Assembly (NCBI GenBank): GCA_050230475.1
Contig: JBFLGF010000108.1
Span: 1-64,000 of the forward strand
Source: Ancylonema sp.
Taxonomy: Eukaryota
Direction: 5' to 3'
Length of the DNA: 64,000 nucleotides
The notes below the pieces were generated by a model. It saw nothing but the letters and a program-made list of their open reading frames with translations. It ran no database searches and was not told the origin of the DNA. Made by a program: the position numbers and the translations under genes. Positions within the stretch are counted from its first letter, which is position 1. Every line of letters begins with the position of its first letter. Positions 14,777 to 27,600 of the stretch are shown piece by piece.

Positions 14777-15011
14777 CCGTCGTGGCCATACATGATGACC
14801 CGGGTTTTTTAAAACGAATTAATTTGAGTAAGAAACCACCACTTGACCCAACCCGCGCACCCAATATGAAATTTCCCAAAATCCTGAAAAATATTTAGTA
14901 TCTGGTGACCCACATCATAGAATGACCCACTTTTTTTGAAATTTGAATTATTCAAATTGACCCGACCCACGATTTTCATAATTATTTCATCATTATGTGT
15001 GGCGAGTACGG
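14777..15011. mobile_element. CCGTA-family MITE copy
   Basis: CCGTCGTGGCCATACATGATGACCC ... CATTATGTGTGGCGAGTACGG; internal similarity to 8876-9002. Confidence 0.7.
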
Positions 15012-15370
15012 CACTCTGAAAATATTTGAGGAGACAAAAAAGCATGACACTAAACCATATAATTGGATGACACTAAACCATAAAAAGTGCAATGGGAACA
15101 CGCTTAGTGTCATTCGAAATAGTATACATGCAAGAGTTTTCACAATCATCTAGAGACCTATGGCCTACTAGATTCATGAGTGAAAAAACTCCACTAACTT
15201 TAAGTGGACGAATCTAGCACCTTACAACAAATGGTGCAAACACGCGCAAATGCCACGTGATCATCTACAACAAGAATGATATCGATTAATGTGGATCCTG
15301 ACCACCACTCTTTTCTATACTGCACCCTTGACACCACCACTAATAATGTCAAGGGTGTAGTCTACCCTCC

Positions 15371-16250
15371 TCACCCCAGCGCGTCTTGCTTCACCAGATG
15401 CGCGCTCAAAAGTTCTCCGATTGGCCACCCCTCCATCTTCTCCCTCATCAGAAGATCCAAGCACTTGAGCGCTCGCGGAAAAGTTGCGGAAAACTTTTGC
15501 GGCACATCCCGCACAATGGTGTACAGAGAATCGGCCTGACACCAGTTAATGTAGTTGCCTTCGGAAGTGTACGCGGTGTTGACGTGTGCCACCCCTGTTG
15601 CGGTGAGTGGGTGTATGAGCGCCATGTGCATCACCCCGTGCTTTTGCTCCTCTGCCACGAGGATGGGCCCCCTGTATCCCACACACACCTCGACCACTGC
15701 CCCCTCCCCCAGCCCCAGGGTCTGCTTTGCAAGTTGTAGAGCAATTACAACCGTATCCGGGTCTGTCAGATTGTCTAGCGGGAAGAATTCCAATCCACAA
15801 ACAGGAAGCTGGAGCCGAGCCCCCTTCCCCTTTTTCCGCATGAGACATAGCCTGCAAACATGTGCATCATTGGAGGACTACGTATCACCTTCGACAATGA
15901 ATCGTAAACAAAAAAAAACAAATGTTGCATCGACTCTTCTCAATTCGATGTTCAAACCAAACTTTGACATCCGGTTTGAAGACGGTGAGAGGCACTTCAC
16001 TTTTTCTTCCCCAAGGATATTCAATGATTTAATGAACCACATTTCCATCCACCCATTGCAAAGAAGCAATACCCAACCCAATGCCACCCCAGTTCCTTGT
16101 GATAAGAGGGTGAGTACCTCCATTCGTTGGTGTTTGGGAACTCCCTCCCCACAGCGGCCATGACGTGCACCTTGTACTTATCCCCTGCTAGGTAGCGGGT
16201 GTGTTGGGGAAAGTACTTGGCCACTACAGCACCCTCTGCTTCCTTCACCT

Positions 16251-16281
<31 letters not shown>

Positions 16282-18528
16282 TGCTGTAGCATTAACACCA
16301 GCAGCTGCTGAGCTTCCCTCTGTGCCAATCACATCCTGTGGGTGGCTGTGGGAGCTGAAAGCAGAAGACTCGCCCTCACGCTCCATGAGACAAATCACGG
16401 ACCCGCCTTCGCCTCCCCTGTCCCCCCCCCCTCCTTTCCTCCGTTTTGCAGAGTGGTGCGGCCTTGAACCCGGAGTGGTCTCCCCCTCTCTCGTCGCCAC
16501 GCCGCTGCTCACGGGGCTGGACAGAACCAAGGGGCTGCCACCCGTACCCACCCCAACCTCAGACCCAGCCGCCCCCTTCCCCCTCGGTAGGGGCGGAGGG
16601 GTGTGCGCCAGGACAGGTGAGTGGAAGTCAGGGGTGGGCAGATGTTGTGCCAGCAACGGGAGGTACCCAGAGGGAGCCATGGGCGATGGAAGTTGGGCCG
16701 CAGCAGCAGCCGCCGCTGCCGCGTTGAGCAATGGTGCCAGACGGACGCCAACTGCGGGAAGGGTAAGGGGCCTGTGGGGTTGGACAGCGCAACCCCTACC
16801 CTCCTCTCCACCCTGCTCCCTGGTTCTGCCTCCCGGGATGGGAATGGGCATGGGGATGGGCATGGGCTGGAATTGGGGTGGGGGTTGGGGTTGGGTACTG
16901 AGGTTCCGTGCGGTGGTGCTTCGAATCCTCTCCAACATCTTCTCCAATTCCCTCGCGTATGCCTCCTGCCGCGCACCCTCCAGCCTCTCGCTCTCCGACC
17001 GAAACGCGGTGGTGAGGTTCTCTTTCGTCACCGCCACGTTTTGCCACGCCACGCGCGCATGGAGGTCTGTCACCGTGGCATCCTCCAACGCCTTCCTTGC
17101 CTCCCCCTCGAGCCTTAGTGCCTCCTCCCTCTTCCTCCTCGCCACCTCTGCGTCCACCTCCGCCTTCCTCGTCAGCCGCTCCACCTCCGCCCTCGCCTCC
17201 TCCATCACCCGCTGCTGCGCCTGCGCCATGTTCACAAGGTCGGGGGCGGACCACATTTCGGCCGCTATGCCAGCCTGGACGGCATCGATGAGCGCCTGGT
17301 CCCTCCCAAGCACTGCCAGCATGGCACGAGCTGAGTCAGCAGTGAGGGGGGAGGCTGCCAGGTCAGCCAAGGAGGCCATCTGCGCGGGGTTGGAAATGGC
17401 AAACTGGAATCCTGCCAGCGACCCCCCGCACACAGACGCCACAGCAGAGGCAGCCGCCATGGCACGGCTAGCCACACTGACCGCGGAGCGAGACCCTCTC
17501 TCGTTGCCCGCCACTCCCAGACGGAGCTCTAGCGATGCAGGAGAGGGGGAAGGACCCTGAGGTTGCCTACGGGTCATGCCCTCTGCAGCGGCGGATACGT
17601 GGTGCAGCTGCAGGTGGGGAGGGAACACCTTCGGGTCCACTTCACGACTCCTGTCTTCCTTGGCTGCCTGCACCCGACCCTGCTGTAGCGGCTGCAGCGG
17701 CTGCGGAAGTGTCACCCTCGTGGCAAGGTCCACGTGGGAGGCGAGCGCGGTTTCGTGCCTGCTGTCTGCGGCATCGTGAAGGCGGTCCCGACATAACGGC
17801 ACGAGCGACTTGGCGCGGCCGCACGTGCCACAGGTGAACAGTCCTTTCGCAACTCTGTCGCCTTGGATGGCGCATCTGGCGTGTAAGGCGTGCCCACATC
17901 CCTCATCGCAGCGGAGGACGGATGCGGATGCGGTTGTGGAGGACGGGGAAGGGATGGTCCGGTCGGTGCTGAGCGGCAAGGGGAGCCAACACGAGGAACA
18001 CATGCACTCGCGGCAGAAATTCACTTTCTGACACGTGGCACACTGGCATGTGGCGCGGAGGACGGGGGACGAATTGGCAGACGAAGCTTCGAGAGGACAT
18101 TGTCGCGATTTTGCGCGACATTTCCAGTCACAGCAGAGACTCACGAGCTCTTCCTTGGTGGGCTTATGGCTCTTCGTGTAGTCGACGTCGCGCAGGAAAA
18201 GCACGAACAACTCTAGAAGGGGATTTCGGACTTCAGACACGAGTAGCTGTGCGGCCGTCAGATGGTGGTCGAGAATAAGATTTCGCAGACGCTCAAACTC
18301 CTCCTGGTTATGCTCCCTCAACTGATGCGCCTCTGCCACCAAACCTTTTAGAGTGATGGTATTGCGCCCAAACAGCCGGTGGTTTGACGCCATCCACTGA
18401 ACAGAAACACCGAGGAGCTTTTCTATCGATATTTCGCAAAACTCATCCTCTGGACTTGATTGTCCTTCGTGAGACGGCGTCTGCGTCCCAGGGAGGTCTC
18501 TCGCGGTCGCCGGTTTCGGGTCTGCCAT
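15371..18528 (-). CDS. OBERON/VIN3-like PHD-finger protein with coiled coil; predicted exons 18528-16118 and 15851-15371 (~963 aa)
   Basis: CQCATCQKVNFCRECMCSSC..CDEGCGHALHARCA..FTCGTCG resembles the Oberon-type PHD; heptad-rich EEARAEVERL..RKREEALRL; donor AG|GTACTC and acceptor TTGCAG|G join the exons in phase 2. Confidence 0.72.
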
Positions 18529-19029
18529 AGGAACAAATCCGATCTCCGCCCCACGGCACCTCCTTCACGATGGAAATGCAGAACAGATAGCGTCTGGCGT
18601 AATGGTAGCTCTGCCTAGCAGCGCGGGGTGACTGGGGGTACATGTGACAAGACGGGAAGATTCCATGTGATTCCACGAGGAGCCTCTTCTCCAGCGGAGG
18701 ACGTCGTAGAGCAGGAGCAGTCTTTCCCCTTCAGGCCCGCATCAGGGGTTCTTAAACGAGGAATCTGGGCCGTCACGATTCAAGCGATGAATCTTGCTTG
18801 ACGGCTGGATGCCCGAGATAAGAACTCGGTCCGTTGAGATTCAGTATCTCCGGGGCGGCGGGGGGCGGCATGTACCACGTGGCATAAACATTTTTAGGAA
18901 TGCCGACCTCAAACCACCGGCCCCAACTCGGATTTCTGAATCTCCTCGGGAGCAGAAAAGGCGAGGTGGAATCTCGTCTCGACAATTTTGCACGACCATT
19001 ATTGTGACCATTATCACGACGGTTCCTGA

Positions 19030-19603
19030 GAGCATCTCTTATGGTCGCCCGATTCGACTGGCTTGATTCGCGAAACGTGACGTCAAAAACTGTACTTCGT
19101 GACGCAAATCAAGCTGCCTGATTTCAAGTTTTGTACGGCCTGGAAATTCTGGAAATCGAATTGGGAGGAGGCTGCCCTACGGGCAGCGCGATTTCGATTT
19201 GAATTTGGTGCCACGGTGGCAGTCACGAAGATCTGCGTGACGGATTCTGGCAGATTCGGCGACCTTTCGAACAACGAACGGTCGGACCAGCGAAACGATT
19301 CGCCGGGTCCTGACGGCTGTTGCCACGCTGGCGACACCAACATCGCTGGCAGCCTCCGATTGGTTTGTCAAATCAAACCGGGACCTGAGCAAATGTGATT
19401 CAAAGTCCCGATTCAGGCCTTGAATCGGGACTTTGAATCACATTTGCTCATGTCCCGATTGTGATTCGGCACGTGTAAAATCACATCGGTCCGAATTGGG
19501 ATCCCGTAAGGACTGCTTTCCCGATTCCCAAGTCTGATTCGGACTTGCGCCGTGTTCTGCCGCGAATCACGCCAGTCGAATCGGGCGACCATAAGAGATG
19601 CTC
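19030..19603. mobile_element. PIF/Harbinger (Tourist-like) MITE
   Basis: ~44-bp TIR GAGCATCTCTTATGGTCGCCCGATTCGACTGGC..; 3-bp TSD TGA on both sides. Confidence 0.88.
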
Positions 19604-19734
19604 TGACATGCCAAGATTTTATTTTTGAATCATGCGCAATGCACGTTCGATCCTGTCAAAATGCGACACGTGGTCGAGCTTGACACCTGGTCATGATTGT
19701 TCTCGTTTCTTCGGGGGGAATCGTTGGCAACATA

Positions 19735-20747
<1,013 letters not shown>

Positions 20748-20887
20748 TACCAATTTTGACTAGTAACAACTCCAGGCAAGTATTTTTGTCGGCGTCGTGT
20801 GGGCCGGTTGCTTAACTAGCCGGTCATTCGATAAGTTCCTGCTGTAGCGCGAATCAGGCCCACGGCCCACGGCCCACGGCTCAAAAC

Positions 20888-21622
20888 TAGCGTTGTGAAT
20901 TTACCGATTACACCTCACACTTACACTCGTACGTAAAGTGTAACGTAACGTAAAACGTAAATATACAAGTAATTTTTACGTTTTACGCATAATTGGTTAA
21001 ATACACGTTACCGAGCCAAAATTCCCGGTAAACGTAATATCCGGTAAAGTTTAGTCGCGTAAATTAATAAAATATTAATTAATATATAAACTTTATTATT
21101 ACAAAAAAAAAGAAAAAAAAGAAATAAAAAGAAAAAAGTGGTCGTTATACCTTTTTAGTATAAAGGTACAAAGTATGTACATGGTATAAAGTTTATACCA
21201 TGTACATAGCATAGTTGGCCCCGCCATGCAAATCTCGCCCCGCTTTCCGCCCCGGGTGGCGCCCCGGGCGGAAAACATCCCGCCCGGGGCAGGGCCAACT
21301 ATGGTACATAGTCATATTTGTTTTGAAAGTGTGACCAGTTATCAAATCTGACGGCTGGCGAAACGTCATTCGTCAATTTAAGGTCCATGTTATCCTCGCA
21401 ATCGTCATTAACGGTAGATTCGTGCTTAAATATCTTATCCGTAATTACCACTTACCATGGAAAGTAACGACATTACCGGTAAGTGTAATTTACACATGTC
21501 TTACACTTTACGTTTCGCCTGTCCATAATTTACCACAAAAAAAAGACGTCATTCATACGTTACGCGTAAAAAACGGTAATTACTACAGTCCAACCCAAAA
21601 ATACCGTAATTTCACAACGCTA
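20888..21622. mobile_element. Possible degenerate TIR element
   Basis: TAGCGTTGTGAA ... TTCACAACGCTA inverted ends; no TSD recognised. Confidence 0.45.
21210..21303. mobile_element. 94-bp mini hAT-like element (same family as 4987-6092)
   Basis: CATAGTTGGCCC...GGGCCAACTATG; perfect 8-bp TSD GTACATAG. Confidence 0.9.
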
Positions 21623-24600
21623 AAAATATTCTTCCGGTTTCATTGACAGGCGGATGAAAGTCGGGGAAGTCGGGGAACGGCCCAGTACCCGGTACCGGGT
21701 ACCGAACATTACCGCGGTGCACGCGGCGGAACCGTGTCCGCACAGTCGTCCCTCGGTATAACGAAAACGATCCTCGGTATAGCGAAAAGCTCGATCAACG
21801 ACAATTTTCGAAGTTTTTTTTAAATAATAGCTCCCCCGATATTGGTATAACGACACTCCATACATGTAGACGTTGAAAACCTGCAAAACTCTTGTTCAAA
21901 TGTCGTTTTATTGTGGATGAAACATTATTCTTAAAAATAATAATAATAATAATAAAAACCGTTTTGGATCTTGAAATTTTTGATTATCCCAAACAATCAT
22001 AAAAATCTGATCCGTGAATCGTCGTACGAAAATGAGAGTGTAAAGAGGTATAACCGGAAAATAAGGTGTGATGTGTCTACACGAGTAGGATTTATACGTG
22101 CATAAATGACGGGATCCCCAACCCAACCGATTTGACCTCTTGAGACGCCCCACCCGTATTGAGGGGGTAAAAATGCCATGTTGGGAAGTCGTCTCCGTGC
22201 GTGTCGACATGTCGCCGGATTTGATACAACGAGAATATAAATTATGTTGTCTTGACGTTTTAGCCTTTCCGAATGCGGATCCATCTCGATTAAAATGCCA
22301 CCGCTGAATATGTAATGTAGAAGATTGCCCTCCACAAGACGATCGGATGGAAGCAAAGAGAGGACCACGAACTCTATATTCTTTCAATGGCACGAGCTCA
22401 TCAGCAAAATAAAATACAATTAAATCACTTTGTCCAGTAGATTTGGATGGACCGGCACCATTCGATTTTTTTACGGCAGCCGGCCCCCTCGGTCCGATAA
22501 CCCAGACGGGTTGCAATCAGGGTTGCGCAATACGCACAATATGCGGAGTTATCATACGCTAAATCGGCGTATTGTGCCCCCTACGTACTAATCTACAAGA
22601 TTACGCTTACAAATATGAAATTCGATAAGGTATTATTTTTTTGGTATGACAATGTAGTACTAAAAAATCGACAGGGGTATGAACATTTCCGAGGTCCACG
22701 TCGTTTCAAAGTATACAAGTCGTCGCAGTCACATTTACTCGCCATCTTGTCGTCGAGATTTTGATATGACGTACAATTCCGCGATCAGAGGTTTTGCGAT
22801 TGACCTCGTTCTATACATTTTCCGTGATATAAGCGGATTGTTGAAACCTCGTACGAAACATACAACGGTCATATGTTCCCTAGCGGGGTCGTTGATTTGT
22901 AGGTTTTTTGGTCGATAATCCGGGTATTTACGACATGCCTCGGAAAGCACATTTATTATCGGTCATTGGATACTTGGGATTTTTTTTGTGTTAAAAAACT
23001 ACATTTTGTTTGTTTTCACGCGTAGGCTGTTTGTAATGTATGGTTTAATTCCGACAGAGTGATGCATATCTTGGAAGGTACAGTGAGGTTGTCTAGTTTT
23101 AAATGTAAGGACGCGGTCGAATGAAAGACTTCTCAATTTTGTGGATGCTATAATACTCATACTACTACTCATACTCATACTCATACTGTTGGTCACGAGA
23201 TAGAAATCGCAGTCGCATGATTCGCACCAAATCCCTTGTTGTATCGAAGTGTATCAATAAAAGACATACTCATAAAACGTATAACCCACATATCACGTTG
23301 CCAAGTAATAATGAGTTGAACAAAGTACCGGCGACCATCCTCACCACAACCCCTTGCTACTACTCGTATCATAGGGCAATGAGAACGAAGTTCTGTTATG
23401 TACAACTTATACATATGGCCATCCTCCTCCGCACGCACTCCCCTTGCTCCCTTCCCTTATTGTCACGTGAGTACGTAGACGAGGTCGTCATGATGCACAA
23501 TGGCATCTGGCGGCGGGTTGGTGAAAACGTACGCGGTGGGGCTCCCTGTGTGGCCGCAGTGGCGAAAGAGACCAAGGGCCAACACATGTTTGGTGTGGAG
23601 GAGGTGGACGAACACGTCCTCGTATAATAAATTTGCGAGGGAGGGGGGAAGGGCGAACTGCTGCAAACGGCGCTTGAGGGTGGAGTCCGCGTGTGTGTCA
23701 GTCTCCGTGTCCTCGATTGGACCGCCCGCCAAGAGGTAGCGCAGCGTCACGAGCGTGTTGTGGTTGTAGAAGGTGCCGTACCTGAAGGGGGGGCAATACC
23801 GAAACGGGGAGAAACGGGTTACACCAATCATCCTACATCCTTCCTTCCTCCTCGCCCCCTCCCCCTCCTCACATGCAGAAACTAAGGGCCGCCCGACAGA
23901 ACGCCTTCCCCTCCAGGTAGGGAGGGGAGAAGTAGAAGACGCTGTCAGGGTTGCGCTCATACGCCCGCTGCCCCACCAACTCCCGCGGCATCACAGCCTT
24001 GGGCCTCAAGTAGCTCAAACTCATTTCGTGCTCCACCTCGCACAGAATACGGCGGTGATGATGATGGTGGTGGTGGTCGTCCCCCCCGCTCGAAAGCAGT
24101 CGTTCCACAACCGCACTCACCACAGGGTTGTGGACGTCGCAAGAGAAGCGGGCGGGGTTGTGGTTGTGCTCGTGGCTACCATCGACCCGCTGCCGCCCGT
24201 TGGGATGGGTGTCCGACAGTATGACCACTTTGGTGGCGTGGAATACGCCACCACGCATGAGGTCGAGCTCCAATGCGGGGGAGCCCTCGACGAAATACAC
24301 GGACTCGAAGTGTCCCACGCTGCCCCACTGCAGGGGGGTGGGCACTGCCCCCCCCAGCATCACGATGGGTGGGTGCGGCTCCCCCTCCCCTCTCAGCGTT
24401 GCCACGAGGTTGAACAAGTTAGAGGGCCAGTGGAGGGGGAGGGCCAGGAGAATGCGGGGGGTGGGGAGGTACACTGCCGTTAGGGTGCGGCTGCGCAGCT
24501 GGTCTCCCACCTCCTCCTGCCTCTGCTTCACCACCCCTGGATGAGGTCTGCCGGGAAGGAAGGAGGGGGGTGGCTAGGACAACACCCCATCCACAACAGA

Positions 24601-24687
24601 CTTTAAGGAGGGAGTGCCACCTGGCAATGACTCAGGGACCTCCTCCTTCTCCCCATACATGACGGTCAGCACCCTGGCTGCTAGGGG

Positions 24688-27600
24688 TATTAGGACCCTC
24701 GCTACAATCACTAGGGCTCCTTAGCGAGGTCCCCACACTTACCGCTAGAGCGCTACTAGCTCAGTTTCCTCTATAGCGAGTTCTGTCCCTATAGAGAGGG
24801 AGTTGTGTCCCTAGCGGCCGCCTGGCCCCTAGGGAGGGAGTATTCTGGTGTGTCCTTAGCTAAGGCAGTTGTGCCGTTAGCCACACTTGATGTGTCCTTA
24901 TCAAGTGTGAGTTATCCCACTTGTAGTCGGTTCAGACTAGCTAGTTCCTATATCTAGTCGATAGGAATGCCTTTAGAGCATTCCCTATCAAACTCATTGT
25001 ATCATGTACTTGCACTTCCGATTATTTCACCACCATTTCCATCGGCTCCTGCCATCTCGTCCTATCCGGCATTTCGCTTCCTCCGCTTGCGTGCATATTG
25101 CAACTTGCTTGCTAGGGACGCCTTTTGCATCCGTCGTCCCTAACAACTTTCATAGGATTTTTTTGAAGTTTTTTTTTAGGATATCCTGAATCTGAACTTC
25201 ATTCAGCCGCCTCCCTTTTTTCATCTCCTACCTATTCAACTATGTCTTCTCCCAATTTAGAGGAAATGATGGCAGTTTTACGTCAGATGCAACATTCTCA
25301 AGATGAAAAATTCAGAGTTTTGGCGGAGGAAAATAGAGACATTGAAGGCAAATTTACAAAACTTTCGGACCAGTTTGCTTATGAATCAAATTACATGGCT
25401 TCTGCAAGCAATCCAGCCGCTTCAGAATACCAGCCTATCCCTACACTCAAAGACCTGGTTCCATCTGACCCTCCTACATTTGATGGACCTCTAAAGATGT
25501 CGCTACATTCTGCCACCGGGTCCGTTCTATGCTCAGGCTGGCACCTAAGCGGTTCCACAATCCTGTTCAGACCGTCCACTACCTGACCACTCTACTAATT
25601 GGCCCTGCCTACGACTGGTTCTTTACTACCTCGACGACAACGGAGACCTCCCGGATGGTTTTGGCGCAGTTCAACTGCTGAAGGATCTCGAGGACTGTTT
25701 CGGGGAGGGCGACACCCGACTCACCAAGGAACGACACCTGCGCGAACTCAGACAAACCGGTTCAGTGTCAGACTTCACTGTCCAGTTCAAGGCTATTGTT
25801 AAGACCTTCCCCCCTTGGCCTGACCACCCCAGCATCTATACCTTCTTTGAGAAGCTTAAACCGGAGCTCCGTCGAAAAATACTCGAAGTGCAGGACCCTC
25901 CTGAAACCTTTTCAGTGTACGTTACCTTTGTCAAGAAGGTGGAGAACAGCATGGCTGCCAGCACTCTTGACCGACCCTCCAAACCTGCATACAATTCCCC
26001 CACCCAAGCCAGAGCTGCGGTCAGTTTCCCCAGCAGGTGCCCTCTCACCTCAGATCGTCCCCATGGACATCGATGGAACCCGCCGCCAGGTCTTGAAAGT
26101 GGAACCAGAGAAATGGCTCGCCGTGTGGCTGGCCACCTGTGCCACTCTGTGGGATCTGCCAGGCCATGACAACAGAACTTGTCCCAACAAGGGCAAGGGA
26201 CGCACCGTGCGCTTCCTAGATCTGCAGCACTCAGAGTCAAAAAACGACCACCCCACACAGTTTTCGGAGGGGTCTGTGCGGGTCCCCTTTCCCTACCCTC
26301 CCCCTTTCCCCACCCCCGCCAGCTCCTGCTGGCCTGCCAGTTACTCCGTTACCCCCTCCCACCCCGTGTCCGCGTGCTGATCGACTTTGGGGCGTCAGGC
26401 AACTTCATAGACCCCTAGATCCTGGCACACAACAATCTACCCACCTACCCCCATCCCCAGCCTATCGGTCGAGCTTATTGATGGCAGTACCCTCTTGCTG
26501 CTGGCCCCATTACCTGCTACTTCTCAACACAACTCCGATCCCCAGGCGACCACACAGAAACCATTACCTTGGACGTCACCCGACTGGCGCACTGCCCAGT
26601 CGTCCTGGGTTTCCCCTGGCTGCACAAGCACAACCCCATCATAGACTAGCGGTCAGGCACCCTGTCCCTCACCAGTCCACACTGTGCTGCTCAGTGCCTG
26701 CTGTCCAGTACTTCCCATTCCCCCTGCCCCCCCCCCCTTCCCCCTCCCTACACCCAGCCCAAACCTGCAATTTTGAACGGTGTGCGACTCCCTCCAGACC
26801 CCGCCATGTTAGCCAAGCTCCCTCCCGAGTACCACGACTTCGCAGATGTGTTCTCCGAGGAGGCTACAAACACCCTTCCCCCCCACAAGTCCTACGACTT
26901 ACAGATCCCCCTCCTACCAGGCAAGGAACCCACGTGGGGGCCAATATATACCTTGTCAGAGCCGGAGCTGGCCACTCTCAAAACGTACATCACGGACAAC
27001 TTGGCGAATGGCTTCATCCGTCCGTCCACTAGCCCGGGTGGAGCACCGGTTATGTTCATCAAAAAACCTGATGGCAAGCTCAGGTTGTGCGTGGACTACC
27101 GCCAGCTCAATGCAGTCACGGTGAAGAATCGTTGCCCTTTACCCCTCATACCTAAGCTGCAAGACCGCCTCAACTCCGCCACGATCTTCACCAAGATAGA
27201 CCTACGCAACGCTTATCACCAGCTGCGCGTCAAAGAGGGGGATGAGTACAAGACTGCATTCCGCTGCCGCTACGGCCACTACGAGTACCAGGTCTGCCCT
27301 TTCGGGCCTCCCAATGCTCCGGCAGCCTTTCAGTCCATCATTAACGACGTGTTTCGCGAGCCTCTCGACGTCTTCTTAGATATCCTCGATGACATGATCA
27401 TCTACTCCCCCTCCCCTGCCGAACATGTCCCCCACATCCGTGCTATCCTGGCAATCCTACGCGAGAACCACCTCTATGCTAAGATCGAGAAGTGTCAGTT
27501 CAACACAGACACTATTGACTTTCTCGGCGACCGGGTTTCCCCAGCCGGCATGGGTATGGATCCCGAGAAAGTGGCATCTCTCCTTGACTGGCCCAAACCT

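Noticed and set aside
16199..17560. 453-aa antisense ORF over the PHD gene
   Set aside because: GC-rich shadow ORF with no domain.
21743..21860. Pogo-like MITE end related to 5217-5828
   Set aside because: Only one end found; no partner TIR or TSD.
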